In this document: one piece after another, positions 59,801 through 64,000 of the stretch
Position numbering within the stretch: position 1 is the first letter of the stretch
Layout of the letters: every line of letters begins with the position of its first letter
Source of the DNA: an uncultured Chloroflexia bacterium
Lineage (GTDB): Bacteria > Chloroflexota > Anaerolineae > CG2-30-64-16
Reading direction: 5' to 3'
Length of the DNA stretch: 64,000 nt
Assembly: GCA_963810095.1 (NCBI GenBank)
Contig: CAWEMM010000011.1
Coordinates: 32,001-96,000 of the forward strand
The notes under the pieces: generated by a model
What the model saw: only the letters and a program-made list of their open reading frames with translations
What the model was told of the DNA's origin: nothing
Database searches by the model: none
Program-made: the position numbers and the translations under genes

Positions 59801-62056
59801 CCCCTCCGCGTCGACGGCGGCACGGCCAAGTTCGACCTGGCATTGTCGCTCGAATACGGACCGTCCGACGACGGCGGCGCGCTAGGCGGCTACCTGAACT
59901 ACAACAGCGATCTTTTCGACGCAGAGACCGTCGTGGCGATGGTCGAGCACCTGAACCTGCTGCTGGCCGACGCGGTCGACCGGCCAGACGCAGCTATCTC
60001 GGAGCTTGCGCTCATTTCGGCCGCCGAGTCGCGCCGGCTCCTGGTCGAGTGGGCGGACGGCGGGCTGAGTACACAGCCGCTGGGGGCCGGGCAGACCGTC
60101 GTCTCAATGTTCGAAGAGCAGGCCAGGCTGCGCCCCTTGCAGCCGGCGGTCGTGATGGCCGACGGCAGCGGCGCGACCCTGACCTACGCCGCGCTCAACG
60201 AGCGGGCGAATAAAATGGCGCGCTGCATGGCGGAGAGCGGCATCGGGCACAAACCCGATCAGATCGTCGCCTTGTTGCTGCACCGGTCCGTCGACATGAT
60301 CGCAGCCATTTGGGCCGTGCTCAAGGCCGGAGCCGCGTTCGTGCCGATCGATCCGGGGAACCCGCCCGAACGCATCGCGTTCATGCTGGCGGACTCAGGC
60401 GCTGCCGCCTTGATCACGGATGGTCCTGCCGACATGGCGGCACTGCCCCAGCATGTATTCCAAGTCGACGCGGACGGCGCGCGGTTCGCAGGGCAGCCTG
60501 GCCGCGACCTCGGGCTCCGGCTGCCGGGTTCAGCGCTGGCGTACGTGATTTACACGTCGGGCTCGACCGGCCATCCCAAAGGCGTCCTGATCGAGCACGG
60601 CGGGCTGGCACAGCACATCGTCGACGTCACTGCGCGCTTCGGCCTCCGGCCGGGCGATCACATCCTTCAGTTTGCCGCGTATACCTTCGACCAGGGGCTC
60701 GAACAGGTGCTGACGGCGCTGACGGTTGGCGGCACCCTCGTGGTGCGCGGCGACGAAGTCTGGCCGCCGGCCGAGTTCCCGCAGGTCCTGGCCGGCTACG
60801 GGCTGAACGTGGTGAACCTCCCACCGGCATACTGGAACCAGGTGCTGCTCGAGTGGGTGGCCTCAGAGCCCACCAACAAGCTGCCGAAGCGCCAGCTCCG
60901 CACGGTGATCAGCGGCGGCGATGTCCTCACGCCCGAAAGCCTGCGGCTGTGGAGCCAGGTGCAGGCGACCACGGGCCTGGCCGGCGAAGGCGCGCCGGGG
61001 GTGCGCCTCATCAACGCTTACGGCCCCACTGAGACGACCGTCACCGCCTGTGCGTTCGACGTCCCGGGTGACTGGTTCGCCCGGTCAAGCCGCCCCGTGC
61101 CGGTTGGGCGGCCCCTTCCAAACCGCCTGGCCTACGTGGTGGACCGGCACGGCAGGCCAACGCCCGCGGGCGTGCCCGGCGAGTTGTGGCTGGGTGGGAA
61201 CGGCGTGGCACGAGAATATCTGAACCGCGACGAGCTTACCGCCGAAAAGTTTGTCGAGAACCCGTTTATACAGGTGATGACCGGCCGCGCGCCTGCGACG
61301 GCTCGGGTCTATCGCACCGGCGACCTGGTGCGCTACACGCGAGACGGGAACCTGGAGTTCATGGGCCGGATCGACCAGCAGGTTAAGGTGCGCGGCTTCC
61401 GCATCGAGCTCGGCGAGATCGAGGCCGCGCTGCTCGAGCACCCGAGCGTGGCTGCGGCCGTCGTGGTTGATCGGGGCGATGGGGGCGACAAGCAGCTTGT
61501 GGCCTTCTACGTTGCCGCCGCGAGCGCACCCGCACCGGGTGTCCTGCGCACATTCCTGGGCGAGAAGCTGCCCGGTTACATGGTCCCGGCCGCATTTGTC
61601 GCCCTTCCGACTCTCCCCCTGACCGCCAGCGGAAAGGTGGACCGGACCCCCCTGCGCACCGCGACGCTGCCCGCGCCAGACGATATCGATGCGGGTGAGT
61701 CCTACGTCGCTCCCAGGACGCCGGTCGAAACCAAAATCGCGGCAATCTGGGCAGGGGTGCTCGGGGCGCCGCGGGTCGGCGTCAACGACAACTTCTTCGA
61801 CCTGGGCGGACACTCGCTCCTGGCCACGCAGATCGTCTCGCGGCTGCGTGCCCACTACCCGGTCGACCTCCCCTTGCGGCGGCTTTTCGAGTCGCCCACG
61901 GTTGCCGGGCTTGCCGGCCTCGTCGAAGAGGGTCTGCTCGCTCAGCAGAGCGAGGAAGACCTGGCCGCCCTGTTGGCCGAACTGGACGGATTGAGCGAAG
62001 AGGAAACGCGCCTGCTCCTGGATGACGCTGCAGCGGAGCAGGGCAACGAGGCATAG
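53876..62056 (+). CDS. Hybrid PKS-NRPS, KS-AT(malonyl)-KR-ACP-C-A-PCP
   Basis: Hybrid-type KS (NDKDY, VQTACSTS); GHSIG and HAFH; KR TGGLGRIG and YAGAN; GGHSL; HHIVSDG; A-domain cores; GGHSL. Confidence 0.95.
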   Translation: MTDDFNAAMNQGEQAENDPLSNGWSEFDLAIVGMAGRFPGSPDLDAFWRNLVDGVECVRRFTDEEVAAAGVDPALSSQPHYVKAGGVLEGAEWFDAHFFGVYPREAEIMDPQHRVFLEVAWHALEHAGYDPATSESTGAGAIGVYAGCGLNTYLIYNLAQNREIRENVQGYQLTIANDKDYLPSRVAYKLNLRGPAVNVQTACSTSLVATHLACQALLSHDCDMALAGGVTVRLPQQGGYLYQEGGIMSPDGHCRAFDAQAAGTVGGNGVGIVVLKRLSDALADGDTIHAVIKGTAINNDGSNKVGYTAPSVEGQTGVISAAHAVANVDPSTISYVETHGTGTALGDPIEITALTNAFGLAAGPDDLPAQTCAIGSLKPNVGHLDAAAGIAGLIKTTLALENGQIPPSINFSAPNPQIDFAKSPFYVNDRLSEWRSTGGHRRAGVSSFGIGGTNAHVVLEEAPPPAPAGASRAAQLLVVSAKTEAALDAATANLAQFLADRPAVNLADAAYTLQVGRQPFAYRRVAVVRDLADACVVLEGRAPGRLVGNGGAAGATSVAFMFTGQGSQYAGMGLGLYKAEPVFRDAVDRCADILRPHLATDIRGLIYPRVADGADERLKQTAMTQPALFVVEYALAQLWLAWGVRPGAMIGHSIGEYVAAHLAGVMSLDDALMIVAARGRLMGSLPGGSMLGLPLGEEDAHALLVRHPRLAVATINAPGMVVVAGPDEAVESLEQELAGKKIATRRLHTSHAFHSAMMDPILAPFADVVRRARLSAPATPYVSNVTGTWITAADATDPAYYARHLRGAVRFADGLAALAAEPNRAFLEVGPGPTLAGLAKAHPAVGRERRVVTSLRHPREAADDLEFMLGALGQLWLGGIVPRWDAAEERDGAPWVAFYGGQNRHERRRRIPLPLYPFQRERFWVEPDTKLGAPATDESRAAKTADIAGWFYVPSWRRIPMPPRSDASGWQVLVFALGHEALGHEALGDEALMDEALADEAHEGTVQLLAARACGRPVVVRPGRGFAEGADGFTVEPGAVEQYEALFRALEAEGRLPQSILHLWSAGQGQDESAVQSHGFDSLVALARAWGTVAGSAEVQVDVVTRGIYSVTGDEPTTPAAAMILGAARVIGQETPGIKVRVVDLAAGEENAAWLADVAFTEHRQQVVALRGRHCWAQGFERLETGSPAGGSSRLRQQGVYLITGGLGRIGLVLAAHLASSVQARLVLVDRIALPERDAWPRLLADGDPGEDPAAGPAAALRARLQKVLAIEAAGGAVLSLQADVADSAQMAAAVDETISRFGALHGVIHAAGTVGQAAIRSISETDAAVREAQLGPKAGGAYALAQALGAHGGELDFVILMSSVSTVLGGLGFAAYAGANSVLEAFALEQARAGHPWLSVAWDGWAFAEERALGAAAAGALAFAITPEEGVAVFDRLLSVVDQGAVVVSTGDLNLRLVRAQAGETRPKPAAGGTEKPSGKYARPHMRTAYVEPSDDVERAIAADWEGILGISPVGVHDDFFELGGHSLLATQLVSRLRDAYHVELPLRNLFETPTIAGLAAAIRRAQGAGAGAAEGPAGPSAREAILPLPRDGELPLSFGQERLWFLDQLAPGSALYNNFAALRLNPTGEGAPLDPARLEWALNQVIARHEVLRTVFGERDGKPTQTILPAIPVSVPVIDVATMEDPQGAGQRVEDLAREEARAPFDLGKGPLLRAKLLRTGADEYVLFFTMHHIVSDGWSVGVLIQEVVRFYESGGDTVLAPLPIQYGDYAAWQREWLGRVREEQLAYWRGRLTPEPEPLELATDRPRPAVQTSNGANYWFSVAPRTHRKLEALAQGEGATLFMALLAGLQALLHRYTGQEDICVGTPVANRDRSETEGLIGFLLNTLVLRTDLSPAPGAAGVSFRELLGRVREVALGTYAHQDLPFESLVEGALHGGLQPARDMSRSPYFQVMFDLQAAPLAGITLPGMSLAPLRVDGGTAKFDLALSLEYGPSDDGGALGGYLNYNSDLFDAETVVAMVEHLNLLLADAVDRPDAAISELALISAAESRRLLVEWADGGLSTQPLGAGQTVVSMFEEQARLRPLQPAVVMADGSGATLTYAALNERANKMARCMAESGIGHKPDQIVALLLHRSVDMIAAIWAVLKAGAAFVPIDPGNPPERIAFMLADSGAAALITDGPADMAALPQHVFQVDADGARFAGQPGRDLGLRLPGSALAYVIYTSGSTGHPKGVLIEHGGLAQHIVDVTARFGLRPGDHILQFAAYTFDQGLEQVLTALTVGGTLVVRGDEVWPPAEFPQVLAGYGLNVVNLPPAYWNQVLLEWVASEPTNKLPKRQLRTVISGGDVLTPESLRLWSQVQATTGLAGEGAPGVRLINAYGPTETTVTACAFDVPGDWFARSSRPVPVGRPLPNRLAYVVDRHGRPTPAGVPGELWLGGNGVAREYLNRDELTAEKFVENPFIQVMTGRAPATARVYRTGDLVRYTRDGNLEFMGRIDQQVKVRGFRIELGEIEAALLEHPSVAAAVVVDRGDGGDKQLVAFYVAAASAPAPGVLRTFLGEKLPGYMVPAAFVALPTLPLTASGKVDRTPLRTATLPAPDDIDAGESYVAPRTPVETKIAAIWAGVLGAPRVGVNDNFFDLGGHSLLATQIVSRLRAHYPVDLPLRRLFESPTVAGLAGLVEEGLLAQQSEEDLAALLAELDGLSEEETRLLLDDAAAEQGNEA
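56801..56884 (+). repeat. Coding 15-nt tandem repeat (ALGHE/ALGDE/ALMDE/ALADE)
   Basis: gcactcgggcacgag x2 plus three decaying copies. Confidence 0.8.
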
Positions 62057-62103
62057 ATCATTAGCAGGATTTGTACCTGGCGCACATTGAAGAGAGCTGA
62101 CAC

Positions 62104-64000
62104 ATGACGCGCATTTCATCGAGCATATTGGACGGGCTATCGCCGGAGAAGCGAGCGCTGTTTCTTGAGAAACTCCGCCAAAAAGGACAGTTAGCCGCAG
62201 CGCAAGGCGCGGAGGAATGGCGTCCCATTCCACGCCGCGCCGATACTGCCGCCTACCCGCTGTCCTTTGCCCAACAGCGACTGTGGATTCTGAGCCAGCT
62301 CGAACCGGATAGCCCCTTTTACAACATTCCCCTGGCGCTCCGGCTGTCGGGCCCGCTTGACGTGGCTGCGCTGGAACGCGCGCTGAACGAGATCGTCGGC
62401 CGGCACGATGTGCTCCGGGCGAGCTTCATCACGGAACGCGGCAACCCGGTCCAGGTCATCGCCCCCGAGCTGCGGCTCTCGCTGCAGCCCGAAGAACTCG
62501 CTCCCGCCTCTTCCGGTGCAAGCGCCGCGGCCGGTGTGGAAGCTGCCGCCCGCAGCATCGCGGCCGCTGAGGCACGCCGACCCTTCGATCTCATGCGGGG
62601 TCCGCTCGTCCGCAGCCGCCTGCTTAAGCTGGCCGGCGACGAGTTCCTGGCGCTGCTCACCTTCCACCACATCGTGATGGACGGTTGGTCCACGGGTGTC
62701 TTCGTGTCCGAACTGGGCGCGCTATATGCAGCATATGCAGGCCCAGGGAAGGATGGGGTCCCCTCCCCGCTTGCGCCGCTGCAAATCCAGTATGCCGACT
62801 TTGCGGCCTGGCAGCGCGGTCAGTTGCAAGGCGAGCGGCTCAGTGCGGAGCTGGCCTACTGGAAAGAGCAGTTGCATGGCATCCCGCCGACGCTTGAGCT
62901 GCCCACCGACCGGCCCCGGCCAGCAGTGCAGACGGTGAACGGCGCAGTGTACCCCTTCGAACTGCCCGCGCACCTGGTGGACCGGCTTCGTACGCTGGCG
63001 CACAACGACACCGCCACCGGAGGTGGCGCCGCGACGCTTTACCAGGTGCTCCTGGGGGCTTTCCAGGTGCTGCTCCACCGGTACTCGAACCAGGATGACA
63101 TCTGCGTCGGCACGCCCGTCGCCAACCGCAACCGGCAAGAAATCGAAGGCCTCATCGGGTTCTTTGTCAATACGCTCGTGATGCGAAGCCGGTTCGAGGA
63201 CAAGCCGAGCTTTCACGCCCTCCTGCGGCGGCTGAAGGAACAGGCGCTGGCGGCCCAGTCACACCAGGACGTACCGTTTGAGATGCTGGTGGACGAGTTG
63301 TCGGCTGCGGGGGAGGCCGCGGCGCAGCGCAACATGGCGGTTACCCCAGTCTTCCAGGTCATGTTCACGCTGGAGCAGAACTCGGGCGGCGACGGGCGAG
63401 CGGCTGCACCGCTGGTGGGGATCACGATTAACCCCGTCGCGACGCACAGCGGCACTGCCAAGTTCGACTTGACCCTGTTCGTGAGCGAGAACGCGAACGG
63501 GACCTTGACGGGCTCATTCGAGTACAACACCGACCTGTGGTACACGTCGACCATCGGACGCATCGCCGGACACTACCTCAAGCTGCTCGAGGGCATCGTA
63601 GCGCAGCCCGACACCTCCGTCGACTTGCTGCCGATCCTGACCGCGGCCGAAGTACGCCAGGTCATCCTGGAGTGGAACGATACGGCAACAGACTACCCGC
63701 GTGACCGGTGCCTGCACGAGTTGTTCGAGGAACAGGTGGGCCTGCGCCCGAACGCACCCGCGGTCACATACGGCGCCAACACGCTGAGCTACGCGGATTT
63801 GAACGCGCGAGCCAACCGGCTGGCACATTGGCTGCAGGAGCTGGGGGTCGGCCCCGAAGTGCTCGTAGGCGTCTATCTCGAGCGCGGGATCGATATGATC
63901 GTCGCGATCCTGGGCATCATCAAGGCCGGCGGCGCGTACTTGCCGCTTGACATGGAATACCCCGCCGACCGCCTCGCGTTCATGTTGGCTGACGGCAACG
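62104..64000 (+). CDS. NRPS, C domain and start of an A domain (3' truncated by window edge)
   Basis: Open frame from ATG 62104 (absent from the ORF track because it has no stop): LSPEKRALF, LSFAQQRLW, HHIVMDGWS, LSYADLNARANRLAH, KAGGAYLPLD. Confidence 0.92.
   Translation, partial: MTRISSSILDGLSPEKRALFLEKLRQKGQLAAAQGAEEWRPIPRRADTAAYPLSFAQQRLWILSQLEPDSPFYNIPLALRLSGPLDVAALERALNEIVGRHDVLRASFITERGNPVQVIAPELRLSLQPEELAPASSGASAAAGVEAAARSIAAAEARRPFDLMRGPLVRSRLLKLAGDEFLALLTFHHIVMDGWSTGVFVSELGALYAAYAGPGKDGVPSPLAPLQIQYADFAAWQRGQLQGERLSAELAYWKEQLHGIPPTLELPTDRPRPAVQTVNGAVYPFELPAHLVDRLRTLAHNDTATGGGAATLYQVLLGAFQVLLHRYSNQDDICVGTPVANRNRQEIEGLIGFFVNTLVMRSRFEDKPSFHALLRRLKEQALAAQSHQDVPFEMLVDELSAAGEAAAQRNMAVTPVFQVMFTLEQNSGGDGRAAAPLVGITINPVATHSGTAKFDLTLFVSENANGTLTGSFEYNTDLWYTSTIGRIAGHYLKLLEGIVAQPDTSVDLLPILTAAEVRQVILEWNDTATDYPRDRCLHELFEEQVGLRPNAPAVTYGANTLSYADLNARANRLAHWLQELGVGPEVLVGVYLERGIDMIVAILGIIKAGGAYLPLDMEYPADRLAFMLADGN

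Noticed and set aside
49491-62233. Long antisense ORFs over the PKS/NRPS genes (e.g. 49491..51425, 53819..55024, 55286..56590)
   Set aside because: Typical stop-poor shadow frames of high-GC coding sequence; the same applies to those over ccmF, glnE, trp and hem genes.
1-64000. tRNA, rRNA, transposase or defence genes
   Set aside because: None were recognised by eye; a tRNAscan/Infernal/HMM run would be needed to exclude them formally.

Overview
High-GC bacterial chromosomal window, most likely from a Chloroflexota (Anaerolineae-like) genome. That assignment is an inference from a C-terminal YLPLIRK protein, an LPXTG protein, a T-box leader and DUF5666-like repeats. Gene order: System I cytochrome c maturation genes (ccmH, TlpA/CcmG, ccmF, two zinc-ribbon proteins); a GlnE with two internal ACT domains; an NnrR-like regulator, a DUF1858-like gene and an N-terminally extended nirK; beta-carbonic anhydrase; glnA; hslO; a GAF kinase and LuxR-type regulator pair; three exported proteins; a Trp T-box followed by trpEGDCFBA; FGGY kinase and YhhN; a heme operon (HTH regulator, AhbD-like radical SAM, hemA, C, B, E, L, Y); DUF72; and the first ~19 kb of a FAAL-ACP-PKS/NRPS lipopeptide cluster that runs off the right edge. 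Best leads: (1) the hybrid cluster, which predicts a 3-oxoacyl / Tyr-derived statine-type / basic-residue lipopeptide; (2) a BldC/Xis-like HTH regulator with a possible tetrapyrrole-sensing domain and 10-bp-phased repeats in its own promoter, heading the heme operon; (3) the GlnE-ACT fusion; (4) a REP-like palindrome family that fills operon spacers and appears to have entered coding sequences in frame; (5) a perfect NnrR-type box at about -41.5 of the nirK promoter. Caveat: more than 20 single-base frameshifts, many in housekeeping genes, suggest uncorrected long-read indel errors, so split genes are reported as single genes. All family assignments come from motif recognition by eye; no database search was run.
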